From an uncultured Planctomycetia bacterium (GTDB taxonomy: Bacteria > Omnitrophota > Gorgyraeia > 2-02-FULL-51-18): DNA of 64,000 nt. Each line of letters begins with the position of its first letter. Position 1 is the stretch's first letter. Position numbers and translations under genes: made by a program. The notes under the pieces were generated by a model. It saw nothing but the letters and a program-made list of their open reading frames with translations. It did not search any database and was not told the origin of the DNA. This document shows, one piece after another, positions 40,255-49,318 of this stretch. The stretch is from NCBI GenBank assembly GCA_964642015.1, contig CAZXLF010000001.1, positions 181,541-245,540 of the forward strand. Reading direction: 5' to 3'.

Positions 40255-41363
40255 TTTCTCCGAAGGAATTCGTCAAAGCCTGCCAATCCAGAGGTTTTTT
40301 ATGTTTTACCGGAGTGCCTTGCTCTTTTTTTCAGGCTGCGATCAATTACGTGATCGATGAGCCGTCACTGGACTACACGATCGTTCCGAACGAAGGTTCC
40401 GCTTTGGCATTGGCTTCTGGCGCTTACTTAGCGGGCAAACCGACCGTATTGATGATACAGAATTCCGGATTTGGAAATCTCGTCAATCCTCTCACATCTT
40501 TGAACATGATCTACAAGATTCCGGTGCTGATCTTTATCAGCGGTCGGGCGTATGGTATTCCTGATGAACCGCAGCATGAGGTTATCGGCAAAACGATGGG
40601 ACCGGTCCTTAAAGCGCTTGGTGTGAAGCATCAGGATATGCCGGATGATTTTTCTTCGTTCGAGGATGCGCTTGATGAAGCAGTGTCTTGGATGAAAAAA
40701 GAGAAACAGCCTTTTATATTTTTTGTGAGAAAGGGCAGCATTGACGATTATTCTCCGGCAAAGCGAAATGGATCCAAATATCCTCTAAAAAGGATCGAGG
40801 CGATCGATATCATATCCAAACATTTAAAAGGCGATGAGTTTGTGATCGCGACGACCGGAAAACCATCACGGGAACTTTTCAGCATTTCTGACCGTAGTAA
40901 AAATTTCTATATGCAGGGTTCGATGGGCCATGCGGCTTCGATAGGCCTGGGTGTTGCGCTTAATTCTCCGAAAAGCAAAGTGATAGTGTTAGATGGTGAT
41001 GGGGCGATCCTGATGCATATGGGAATACTCTCCTCAGTTGGACATTATAAGCCGAAGAATTTTTGTCATATTGTGCTTGATAATGAATCTTATGAGACAA
41101 CCGGCGATCAAGACACCACCTCCTCGACAACTGACCTGAGAGCAGCCGCAAAAGCTTGCGGTTATGCGATCGTTGAAGAAGCCGAGACAGAAAACAGTCT
41201 GAAGATCAAGCTTAAAAGAGTTTTGCAAGCCAAAGGGCCTGCGTTCCTACGCGTTAAGATCAATCGTCAGCCCACTTTAAATATCCCCCGCATTTCGTCC
41301 AAATACACTTCCGAGAATATCGCGGATAACTTCAAAGCGGACCTTGTCCGTTATTCCTCCTGA
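40251..41363 (+). CDS. aepY: phosphonopyruvate decarboxylase
   Basis: FTGVPCS, QNSGFGNLVNPLTSL, DEPQH, FYMQGSMGHA, ThDP motif DGDGAILMHMG. Confidence 0.92.
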   Translation: MISPKEFVKACQSRGFLCFTGVPCSFFQAAINYVIDEPSLDYTIVPNEGSALALASGAYLAGKPTVLMIQNSGFGNLVNPLTSLNMIYKIPVLIFISGRAYGIPDEPQHEVIGKTMGPVLKALGVKHQDMPDDFSSFEDALDEAVSWMKKEKQPFIFFVRKGSIDDYSPAKRNGSKYPLKRIEAIDIISKHLKGDEFVIATTGKPSRELFSISDRSKNFYMQGSMGHAASIGLGVALNSPKSKVIVLDGDGAILMHMGILSSVGHYKPKNFCHIVLDNESYETTGDQDTTSSTTDLRAAAKACGYAIVEEAETENSLKIKLKRVLQAKGPAFLRVKINRQPTLNIPRISSKYTSENIADNFKADLVRYSS

Positions 41364-41490
41364 TTTAAGTCATTTAACTCTAGTCCGTTAGAGCAATTCA
41401 ATATTATTAAAAAATAATTGAACGAAAAATACCCCTATCGTCGTCTTATATAGCGGGTAAGTCAATGTCACTTATACAGGAGAGATAAAA

Positions 41491-41769
41491 ATGGCACTTA
41501 TCGATGTTGAGGTAGTAGATATTCGTAAGATCACAGGAGATGGGCATTTAAAAGCGTTTGCGGATGTGAAGATCGGCGGAAAGCTCGTCATTAAAGGTTT
41601 TTCCGTGATGCAAGGCAAGCGGGGTGTTTTTGTGTCGATGCCGAAAAAAGCGGGAAAGGATGGACGTTGGTTCGACATCCTGACGCCGTTGAGTGAGGAG
41701 TTGAAACAGGAATTCCAGGACAAAGTCCTTGAGGCGTATGACAAAGAAACTGACAGTGTGAAGGATTGA
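41491..41769 (+). CDS. spoVG: SpoVG family nucleic acid-binding protein
   Basis: LKAFADV, GVFVSMP, VLEAY; AGGAG ribosome-binding site. Confidence 0.85.
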   Translation: MALIDVEVVDIRKITGDGHLKAFADVKIGGKLVIKGFSVMQGKRGVFVSMPKKAGKDGRWFDILTPLSEELKQEFQDKVLEAYDKETDSVKD

Positions 41770-41772
41770 CCA

Positions 41773-42144
41773 ATGGAGAATGCATCGCAGACGCTCGGCG
41801 TTTTAGGCGAGGAGCTTGCAAGTTGTTATCTTTCATGGAAAGGCTACAAGATCCTTTTAAAGAATTATGAATGCGCTTTCGGTGAAATTGACTTGATCGC
41901 CAAAGAAAAGGGTGTATTGGTCTTTATCGAGGTAAAAACAAGAAGCTCATTGGATATGGGATCGCCGCTCGAGTCATTGACCTTTCACAAGAGGGCGCAG
42001 ATCGCAAAGTGTGCGCGATTTTACATGAAAAGATACGGCATAAAAGATCTATCGTGCCGTTTCGATGTGGTTTCTATTGTCATGTCTCCTGATAAAGAAC
42101 CGCAGATCGAGTTGATCGAGAACGCGTTCTACGAAGAGGGGTAG
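41773..42144 (+). CDS. yraN: YraN (UPF0102) nuclease
   Basis: [30 protein letters not shown]. Confidence 0.92.
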   Translation: MENASQTLGVLGEELASCYLSWKGYKILLKNYECAFGEIDLIAKEKGVLVFIEVKTRSSLDMGSPLESLTFHKRAQIAKCARFYMKRYGIKDLSCRFDVVSIVMSPDKEPQIELIENAFYEEG

Positions 42145-42145
42145 C

Positions 42146-42372
42146 ATGCTGTCTCTTGTATTATCCAGCGCGGTGTTGGGGATAGACGCTTATCCTGTGG
42201 AGATCGAAGTGGATATTTCCAATGGCCTGCCTAAGTTCAATATCGTCGGCCTACCCGACGCAGCCTGCAGCGAAAGCGCAGATCGGGTAAGCGCCGCAAT
42301 AAAGAACAGCGGTTTTCCTCTTCCAGTGAAAAGAATCACCGTGAATCTTGCTCCGGCAGATCTTAAGAAGGA
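42146..42372 (+). pseudogene. comM: ComM/YifB, 5' fragment (interrupted by insertion)
   Basis: [39 protein letters not shown], then diverges into element sequence; read-through stop at 42502. Confidence 0.92.
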
Positions 42373-42502
42373 AGGAGCGAGTAGTACAAAGCTCTCCTCG
42401 CCAACAGCACCCACCAAAATCTTGTTCTATCGTACCTGTCTTACGAAAGGAAGGGGCATATTTTACAAGGGCGTCCTTCCGTTCACACTGTCGCCATCCT
42501 GA

Positions 42503-44023
42503 TCAGAAACTGAAGTCCATCTCGAAAACGCCGTCGTTGAATACCCGCAAGACTTTCACGACAGCATTGACCATGTCCCGTTTTTGCTCATCGTTTGCGT
42601 ACTCAAAATTCTTCTCAAATTCACGAGCAAACAATTTGGCCTTATTTACGTCCGTTCTTTTTCTCATAACGTCTTCGATCTCAGCTTCAAGTTCCATAAT
42701 TTCTTGCTCAATACGAAGGCAGTCATCATCGAACTTCTTGATGCGAGCTGTCATTTCCTTGCCGTCAATTTCGCCTTCTTCAAATGATTGCCGCCATTTT
42801 TCCTTGTAACTCTCAACTTTTGACAGGTGTATTTTTCGATCTGCGATCTTCTTCTTCAAATCGTTGGTTTCTTTCAATGAAATCAGACTCATTTTTTCTT
42901 CCAGATACCCTGGTTGACTGACAATCAGCTTCAGATGCTCAATGACCGTAACAAGGTTATTCTGATCAAATTTATCATGACGATGACATTTCTTATGAAC
43001 GCACGCTTTCACGCCTTCCTTACGTCTTCGATTGCATGAATAATACCGCAGGTGGACAGGGGCGTGATGAGCAACCATCGCGGATTCACAGTGTCCGCAG
43101 ATAGCGCGATCTCTGAACAAGAAACCAGGAGACCGAACTGACCAGGCCAGCTTGTGGCCTTGATAATTCGTTTTCAGGAGAACCTGAACGCGGTTGAATG
43201 TTTCTATGTCGATTATGACGTCATGTGTTTGTCTGTCGTAAAGTTTCTTGTGCCGCTTTATGTACATTCTGCCCGTATACAACTGATTCTTGAGGATACG
43301 TCCAATTTGGCGTCGATCCAGTTTGATCGGTGGTTCAATACCTCTTCGTGCAAATTCTTTTTTTGTCTCCAACACCACACGTGAGATGCTTTTGAACTGA
43401 AGGTATGTCTTGAAGATAAAAACAACGATCTCAGCCGCTTCTGGAACAGCAACCAACATATGAGCAACCAATTTGAATCCGAAGGGAGGAGTTCCGCCAA
43501 TCCAGTTGCCATCCCGTTCAACCTTCTTCATTCGCCCGCCCAACAAACGATCTCTTCTTGTAACGTTGTCAAATTCCGCAAATATCGCAAGAAGTGCCAT
43601 GATCATCCGACCGATATGCGATCCTGTATCAAACGGCTCCGTGATGGAGCGGACAACCACACCGTACTGATCAAATTCTTCAATGAGCTTTACAAAATCT
43701 CGTAAACTTCGAGCAAGGCGGTCAATTTTCCATACGACGACCACGGAAACGCGACCCGCTTTGACCTGATGTCTGATATTGGTAAGACCAGGGCGGTCTG
43801 TATTCGTTCCTGTGCTTGCATCGAAAAAAATATCGGTCTCTTTCAATTCTCCATAATCTTGAGACGGCCACCATTTCTGAGCACTCTCTATTTGAACTTC
43901 GCGCGAAACCTTGTCTTCGTTGTCCTGAGGTAATGTGCTTACGCGCGGGTAGAACACGGCTCGCTTGAGAGCGTTCTTTGTACTTTGATTTCCTGCTATC
44001 TGCGGTGTCGCTTGTTTGAACAT
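42503..44023 (-). CDS. large serine recombinase (integrase)
   Basis: YPRVST catalytic motif, RPGL, IDRLARS, recombinase domain PPFGF...YTG, zinc ribbon CGHC...YYSC, C-terminal coiled coil. Confidence 0.93.
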   Translation of the reverse strand: MFKQATPQIAGNQSTKNALKRAVFYPRVSTLPQDNEDKVSREVQIESAQKWWPSQDYGELKETDIFFDASTGTNTDRPGLTNIRHQVKAGRVSVVVVWKIDRLARSLRDFVKLIEEFDQYGVVVRSITEPFDTGSHIGRMIMALLAIFAEFDNVTRRDRLLGGRMKKVERDGNWIGGTPPFGFKLVAHMLVAVPEAAEIVVFIFKTYLQFKSISRVVLETKKEFARRGIEPPIKLDRRQIGRILKNQLYTGRMYIKRHKKLYDRQTHDVIIDIETFNRVQVLLKTNYQGHKLAWSVRSPGFLFRDRAICGHCESAMVAHHAPVHLRYYSCNRRRKEGVKACVHKKCHRHDKFDQNNLVTVIEHLKLIVSQPGYLEEKMSLISLKETNDLKKKIADRKIHLSKVESYKEKWRQSFEEGEIDGKEMTARIKKFDDDCLRIEQEIMELEAEIEDVMRKRTDVNKAKLFAREFEKNFEYANDEQKRDMVNAVVKVLRVFNDGVFEMDFSF

Positions 44024-44036
44024 TTTGGCAGTTCTG

Positions 44037-44171
44037 TCATTTCGTATTTTCTTTTTCGAGACGCTGTTGGATCACAGCAAGATACATCTGCCAGAAACGA
44101 TTCTCATTCATTGAAGTATCGTTGCCGTTTTTTTGATCCTGTTCTTCGCTGTTCTTTTCATTGTTTTCCAT
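44037..44171 (-). CDS. 44-aa small protein not in the ORF track
   Basis: Hand translation MENNEKNSEEQDQKNGNDTSMNENRFWQMYLAVIQQRLEKENTK*; GGTGG upstream; ends 13 bp before the integrase ATG. Confidence 0.45.
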   Translation of the reverse strand: MENNEKNSEEQDQKNGNDTSMNENRFWQMYLAVIQQRLEKENTK

Positions 44172-44229
44172 TATGGATACCACCACTTCTGATTCAATGA
44201 CTATCAAATGCTGAAAGGGTTTCGCGTTT

Positions 44230-44979
44230 TCATTTTTCTACTCGTCGATCCTTGCCTTTTACAGAACGAACGTCGCACATACCGACAATTCGACTGCTGA
44301 CGCGTTGGTCATATTGCTCGTCTATTGCCTCAAGTGGGAAGTTGGAAGTGATGATCGTCTGGCGTTCCCATGCCTCGCGTTCGTTGATCAAAAAATAAAT
44401 GCTCTGTTTGACGAAGTCAGTGGCTTTTTCCGTTCCGAGATCATCAATGACCAAATGCGGTACTTCGGCGCACCGTTTCAGGATACGGTAAGCACTTTCT
44501 TCCGATCCGTCCCGCCACGCCTCTTGAAGTTGCATTACAAATGCGGCAAATCCAATAAACCGCCACTGTTTATCGACTGGTTCAACCCTGATCCCGTCTT
44601 GTTCTGCCCAGAAGCGTAGCCATTCCCTGATTACCAGACCCGAAGCGACGCTTTTTCCTGCTCCTGTGCTTCCGTGGAGAAAAAGGCCGCGTGATCCTGG
44701 CCTTCCATATTGAAGTACCCAATCGCTTCCATCGAGCGGCTTGTCATACCTGACAAATGCTTTCGGTACACCGTACCCAGCAAGAAGGGAGGGAATCATC
44801 AAGAGGCGACCCTCTTTTGCTTTTGTAACTGCTTTCTTTTCGCAGTTTTTACACAAACCCTGCTCTGATGGCGGCGGTTCTTGCCGTTTTGCACAATCGC
44901 TACAATTCCACGGTCTTCGTGATCGCTCGAAATTTTGAGTTTCGATCCGCCTGATCGTGTCCTCCAGGTTTCCCTCCAC
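44230..44979 (-). CDS. DnaC/IstB-like AAA+ helicase loader
   Basis: CxxC...CxxC, Walker A GSTGAGKS, Walker B LVIDDLG, TIITSN, RVSSRI; probable GTG start at 44979 after GGAGG. Confidence 0.88.
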   Translation of the reverse strand: MEGNLEDTIRRIETQNFERSRRPWNCSDCAKRQEPPPSEQGLCKNCEKKAVTKAKEGRLLMIPSLLAGYGVPKAFVRYDKPLDGSDWVLQYGRPGSRGLFLHGSTGAGKSVASGLVIREWLRFWAEQDGIRVEPVDKQWRFIGFAAFVMQLQEAWRDGSEESAYRILKRCAEVPHLVIDDLGTEKATDFVKQSIYFLINEREAWERQTIITSNFPLEAIDEQYDQRVSSRIVGMCDVRSVKGKDRRVEK

Positions 44980-45691
44980 GCTTTCCTCCGCTTGTAAGTT
45001 TGTTGATCTGAGACCAGAAGACTCCGATCGTATAACCTGCTTTTTTGACAAACTCGTCGTCTGAGCCAAAAAATCCAACGGCATATTTCTTCAGGTTTTC
45101 TACGTCGAAGGTTCCGATCATCCGCTTGACGGTCGATGCGTCCTTTCCAGTCACCAGATATTTTTGACCGAACCGCGATTGGTACTCTTGAAACCACCAG
45201 TCTATAAAGTCTTTTATTCTTGAATCAGAAGTTGAAATTGAAGTTGAAGGTGAAGATGAATATGAAGGGGGCTTCTCGGAAGTGGGGAGAGTGTTATCCT
45301 TATGCTTATCCTGAAGGTTATCCCTGTGCTTATCCATCAACACGGGATTACCGCCTGTCATGCCGTATTCTTTCTTTCGCTGGCGCATCTCTTCGTCGCG
45401 TAGCATCCGACGGCTGAATAACACGCCCTGTTCGTCTCTTGAGAAGACCTTTTTATTCTCAAGTCCTCTCAAAAGACTCTCACATTGTTTTGCGGATGTT
45501 CCAACCATTCTGGCAAGTTCTCGGAGGGCGGGAGGATGGTCGCCGACAAGCAAATACCCCCTGCGCGGAGACTCGAACATGATCAGTATGATCTCCAGGC
45601 ATAAACCCCTCTCAGCAAGAGAGCAGGCGCGAATGGCTGGGTCTTTCAGCCAGTCTCCTGGGTAAAACTGAAACGCTGGTAACTTGCTCAT
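44900..45691 (-). CDS. phage-type replication initiator (replisome organizer-like)
   Basis: N-terminus MSKLPAFQFYPGDWL...SLAERG...FSRRMLRD, Ser/Thr-rich linker, directly upstream of the DnaC-like gene. Confidence 0.75.
   Translation of the reverse strand: MSKLPAFQFYPGDWLKDPAIRACSLAERGLCLEIILIMFESPRRGYLLVGDHPPALRELARMVGTSAKQCESLLRGLENKKVFSRDEQGVLFSRRMLRDEEMRQRKKEYGMTGGNPVLMDKHRDNLQDKHKDNTLPTSEKPPSYSSSPSTSISTSDSRIKDFIDWWFQEYQSRFGQKYLVTGKDASTVKRMIGTFDVENLKKYAVGFFGSDDEFVKKAGYTIGVFWSQINKLTSGGKRGGKPGGHDQADRNSKFRAITKTVEL
45294..45335. repeat. iteron-like repeats inside the initiator gene
   Basis: TTATCC at 45294, 45306, 45318 and 45330 (exact 12-bp period). Confidence 0.7.
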
Positions 45692-46019
45692 TTGAACGCC
45701 CCTTATTTCAAAGCCAACCTTATCGAATAACCACCCAGATCATAGCACATGGTTTTCCGTAACTCGTTTACCTGTAACACCTTATAACAAGGTTTTGCAG
45801 GGTATAACGCCATGTTATTTTTGACTTTTTGTAACCTTCAGTATTTGAACAAGTTACGAAAATCGCGGTTTGTCGAATTACGAGGATTTGGGAGAGAAAA
45901 TTGTTTTTTTGTGCCTCTTGACATGATTTGAAAAACTGCTTTCAGGCGTGAAAAAAAGAGAGGTTTGAATAATTCGAAAAAGGGCTTCGGGGTAAGGGAA
46001 ATTTATCGAGAAGTTTGTT

Positions 46020-46646
46020 TCACAACAAAGGCAGGGCTTTTCGGATGGTCTGGTAAGATACGCGGCCGCTTCTTGGGGCATCCTTGTTATACCTTGTTTC
46101 AAGTTCTCTCAACGGAAGATGTCCGCTGGAAGAAAGGAGAGAGCGGAGTTTTTCAAGATCAACTGGCTTTCGTGGTCGCCCGCCGTGATATTGATGTTTT
46201 GCTTTCTTGATCTGGATTCCCTCGCGCACCCGAACACCGAGCATTTTTGAATAACTGTTCGCCATGTAAGCAAAGACCATCATCAGGATTTCCCACATTG
46301 GCTGATCGGAATCAATGGATTCTTTGAGACTGACAAATCGTGCGCCGTATGTATCGGTGATCCTGTGCAGGTCTGAGACAATCTGTGTTGGCTTCATGCG
46401 TGAAAACCGATCAAGCATATAGACAATGAGAACATTGAACTCTTTCAGGCGTATTCGTTCAAGCATCGATTCAAATATCGGACGCTTTTTGATACGGTAA
46501 GCTGACTCGTACTCAGAGAAAACTTCGTACGCCCAGCCCTGCGCCTGGCAGTATTTCATACAAGCATCAATCTGGCTTTGAACGTCCTGCTTTTCTTCGT
46601 TTGTGGAGCATCGGCAGTAAACAGCGACGTTTATCTTTGAGACCAT
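46020..46646 (-). CDS. small serine resolvase/invertase
   Basis: YCRCST...QDVQSQ, RPIF, LDRFSR, GGRPR followed by an HTH-like C-terminus. Confidence 0.9.
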   Translation of the reverse strand: MVSKINVAVYCRCSTNEEKQDVQSQIDACMKYCQAQGWAYEVFSEYESAYRIKKRPIFESMLERIRLKEFNVLIVYMLDRFSRMKPTQIVSDLHRITDTYGARFVSLKESIDSDQPMWEILMMVFAYMANSYSKMLGVRVREGIQIKKAKHQYHGGRPRKPVDLEKLRSLLSSSGHLPLRELETRYNKDAPRSGRVSYQTIRKALPLL

Positions 46647-47755
46647 CTCAATGCCTCCGCTTGATCAAGCTCTCTCAATTTGAATTTTTTGAACATCAAG
46701 TCTTCGATAATTTGCTGAATCTCTGGCCTGATCCGTTCCCACAGTCGCTTATCGTATGGCTGAATCCAGTCGGCGATGATCTCGCCGCCGAGAAGGGCTG
46801 ATTCACCGTGGAACCAGACACTTTGAAGTATCTTTTGGGGTATTTCCCTGTGCCGTGCCAGAAAGAATCGCTCCGCAATGCGGCCAATATGGGTGTGAAA
46901 GTCAATACAGAAGGGGTCTATTTCAGCCAACGGAAGCCGCTGGACGGCGTTTTCATCAATAGAGGGAAGAGTGATACCCTTCAAAGCGTAATCGCCTCGT
47001 TTGTATCTTATTGCGGCTGATAAAAGCAAAGCCGAATCGCTTTCCCAGAAAGTACCACCCACCACGCGATCAAGGCATTGTTTTACAACCGCGTCCTGAT
47101 CGTGTTGGAAAATCTCGTATATCTCCGCGTATCGCTTGTCCTTTGCCAACTTGAAAAGTTGAACCATCACGGCGACGTACTCTTGTTTATCGAGCAGATG
47201 ATATCTCAGCCATGTGGTGTCGGGTACGGTCGTATTTACCTGTGAAGCAAGAAGCCCTTCGGTCAGTTGCCAGCCGAGAGAACAAAGAGTTTTGTCTTTT
47301 GGTGCTTCTGCGATCACCGCCGTTACCTGCAAGAACTCTTTGAGACTCATGCCGTCATGGAAGAATTTCAGAACTTCTACCGCAGAGAAGGCATCCTCAA
47401 CGGCGATTATCTTGAGCCGTCTGATTGCTTGATCCTTACCGAGCAAAAATAGCGTCTTCGCCGCACGCACCGCCTTCTCGACCATCCCGCGCCTGATGTA
47501 TTTTTGAAGAGCCGATTTGTAAAGCCCGACCTTGCCTTGATAATCAAGATAAAATTCGCCAGGCAACTCACCGCTCATAACTCCGACTTCAAGCCAACCA
47601 ATCAATGTGCGCCGATTTTTCGATAACTTTTCAAGTTTGAGCAGGTCTTTCAGGTCTTCCGCTGTTACGCTCTCAATTTTGTCCATCTTGCGAAGCTCTT
47701 CTTGGATTACGGCGATGCTTTTTTTGAGTAGACCTTCCATGTCGTTGATTGTCAT
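46631..47755 (-). CDS. hypothetical protein with a RarA/MgsA C-terminal-like region
   Basis: KSALQKYIRRG, RRLKIIAVED, IDFHT; no Walker A; probable ATG 47755 after GAGGA. Confidence 0.6.
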   Translation of the reverse strand: MTINDMEGLLKKSIAVIQEELRKMDKIESVTAEDLKDLLKLEKLSKNRRTLIGWLEVGVMSGELPGEFYLDYQGKVGLYKSALQKYIRRGMVEKAVRAAKTLFLLGKDQAIRRLKIIAVEDAFSAVEVLKFFHDGMSLKEFLQVTAVIAEAPKDKTLCSLGWQLTEGLLASQVNTTVPDTTWLRYHLLDKQEYVAVMVQLFKLAKDKRYAEIYEIFQHDQDAVVKQCLDRVVGGTFWESDSALLLSAAIRYKRGDYALKGITLPSIDENAVQRLPLAEIDPFCIDFHTHIGRIAERFFLARHREIPQKILQSVWFHGESALLGGEIIADWIQPYDKRLWERIRPEIQQIIEDLMFKKFKLRELDQAEALRWSQR

Positions 47756-47846
47756 CAGACAGTCCTCGTGCGTATATTTGTTTTGATAATAAAAGTGTAT
47801 ACCGCTGATCATCTGATGGAAGGACTGACGGAAAAAATCGGCGAGG

Positions 47847-48359
47847 TTATTTCTTGTTTTCGTACGAAACGAGCACTCTCGGTTTCGCTATGATTTGCTC
47901 TGGGGCAACTTTTGCTATCGGAGGAATTGATTTTGAAACTTCGGCCTTTGGTTCATCGACACTCAACCCGACAGACAATCCGCTGAGTGTTTTCGGACTT
48001 GGATTCAGCGTTGTTCCGCCGCTTGATCGATTGGTTACAAAAGTCTGATGTGTTTCAGTGTCGCCAAGTGGTTTCGCGGAATATTCGATAATCCGTGTTC
48101 CGTCTGGCTTGGTATGGGCGTATGCGGTGTACGTTCCTGGCCGATTATCAATCGGAGCTTGCCAATCCCCATTCACAGGATCAGAAATGCCGTTGGCGAA
48201 GTGTCCGCTTTGGAATTTTTCAACTTGTTGGTTGAACCATGTCTGCGTCTTTTCATCCAGCTTTGGTAAATCGTCTGCCAGTACCAATGAAGACTTGAGA
48301 AGAATGATTGATGCGAAAAGTATTACGCGAAATCGGCTCATGGCAACTCCTTCCATCAA
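47847..48359 (-). CDS. hypothetical exported protein
   Basis: Signal-like MSRFRVILFASIILLKSSLVLA-DD preceded by GAAGGAG, so the true start is probably the third Met. Confidence 0.6.
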   Translation of the reverse strand: MMEGVAMSRFRVILFASIILLKSSLVLADDLPKLDEKTQTWFNQQVEKFQSGHFANGISDPVNGDWQAPIDNRPGTYTAYAHTKPDGTRIIEYSAKPLGDTETHQTFVTNRSSGGTTLNPSPKTLSGLSVGLSVDEPKAEVSKSIPPIAKVAPEQIIAKPRVLVSYENKK

Positions 48360-48416
48360 TGTGATGGTTTGATAATAAAAGTATACCGTGAGCTGTTCTG
48401 ACTGCCAGAGGAGGGT

Positions 48417-48821
48417 TTACTTTTTCAGGAAAAACATTACGACGAGCATTATCGCTATGAGCGAAATATAAAAAACGGAGAGCGTCTTTGAAAAAATGGC
48501 GCTCACCCAGCATGATGAATCTTTATTGGCGACGGCTGAAGCATCCATTGAGAAATCGATCTCTTCGATATTTTTTGTCCTCACAACATCGTGCAAATCT
48601 CGGAACATTCTTTCTTGGGAGAGATAAAAGCCATCGAGAATCCAGAAAACGAACACCGCTGCGTATGCGATGATAATGTATTTGTCATTCGCGTCTTTTG
48701 AGGCCAGAGCAAAAAGGGCAGAGACAAGGGTTATGCTCCAACCCTTGATCAAAAAAGAATTACCTGCCATCCTGCTGATTGTTTGCTGAATAAAATCCAG
48801 GTGTTTGAGCTTTCTTTCCAT
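48417..48821 (-). CDS. small 3-TM membrane protein, candidate TIR-coupled effector
   Basis: KHLDFIQQTISRMAGNSFLIKGWSITLVSALFALA, FWILDGFYLSQERMFR; start overlaps the TIR stop (TAATG). Confidence 0.75.
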   Translation of the reverse strand: MERKLKHLDFIQQTISRMAGNSFLIKGWSITLVSALFALASKDANDKYIIIAYAAVFVFWILDGFYLSQERMFRDLHDVVRTKNIEEIDFSMDASAVANKDSSCWVSAIFSKTLSVFYISLIAIMLVVMFFLKK

Positions 48822-49309
48822 TATCGCCCTGCCTGTTGAGCGGCTCTTTCGATCCAGTCCGCAAAATAAACATTTCCAGAGTTATTTACCCAGTCATACG
48901 TGGAATAAATTTGTGAAAGCGATACCTGAACGCCATTCCTTGGCATTTGCCAGTTATCAAAAGGATTGCGACCTTGAACATCAGTGCGGCTCCAACGATC
49001 CCTCAAATTGTGAATATGAACTCCAAGAAGCCCATTTCCGCGAACCACGCTTCGTTGAATTTCGTATCCGACGTAAGAGCGTTGGCTCGTTTCTGCGCCA
49101 ATAAGAACAACGGTAACAGAAGTATTTTCCAATTCCCTGTCAATCCAGCGTTTGACAGCATCTTCGCCCTGTCTTTCTACGGCTTCAAAAGCGGCGGCGT
49201 CGTGAAAGCCCGCCGTCTCACGATCCCTTGTAACCCAGGAATTTCGTATCTGGTTTACCCGCCAAACATCTCGTTCATAATGAAAACTGAAAAATACGCG
49301 TCTTGCCAT
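48821..49309 (-). CDS. TIR-domain protein (DUF1863 / ThsB-like)
   Basis: RRVFFSFHY, TSVTVVLIG, YVGYEI with the catalytic-type Glu, GNGLLGV. Confidence 0.88.
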   Translation of the reverse strand: MARRVFFSFHYERDVWRVNQIRNSWVTRDRETAGFHDAAAFEAVERQGEDAVKRWIDRELENTSVTVVLIGAETSQRSYVGYEIQRSVVRGNGLLGVHIHNLRDRWSRTDVQGRNPFDNWQMPRNGVQVSLSQIYSTYDWVNNSGNVYFADWIERAAQQAGR

Positions 49310-49318
49310 AATGTTTCC

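Noticed and set aside
42146-42502. 118-aa and 467-aa (54026-55429) ORFs as independent genes
   Set aside because: They are the two halves of comM extended by element-derived sequence
44230-45084. IS21 element (istB)
   Set aside because: No IstA DDE transposase or terminal inverted repeats; the partner gene is a replication initiator
48417-49309. Canonical Thoeris, CBASS or Pycsar call
   Set aside because: No SIR2-SLOG or macro-domain ThsA and no nucleotide cyclase in the element
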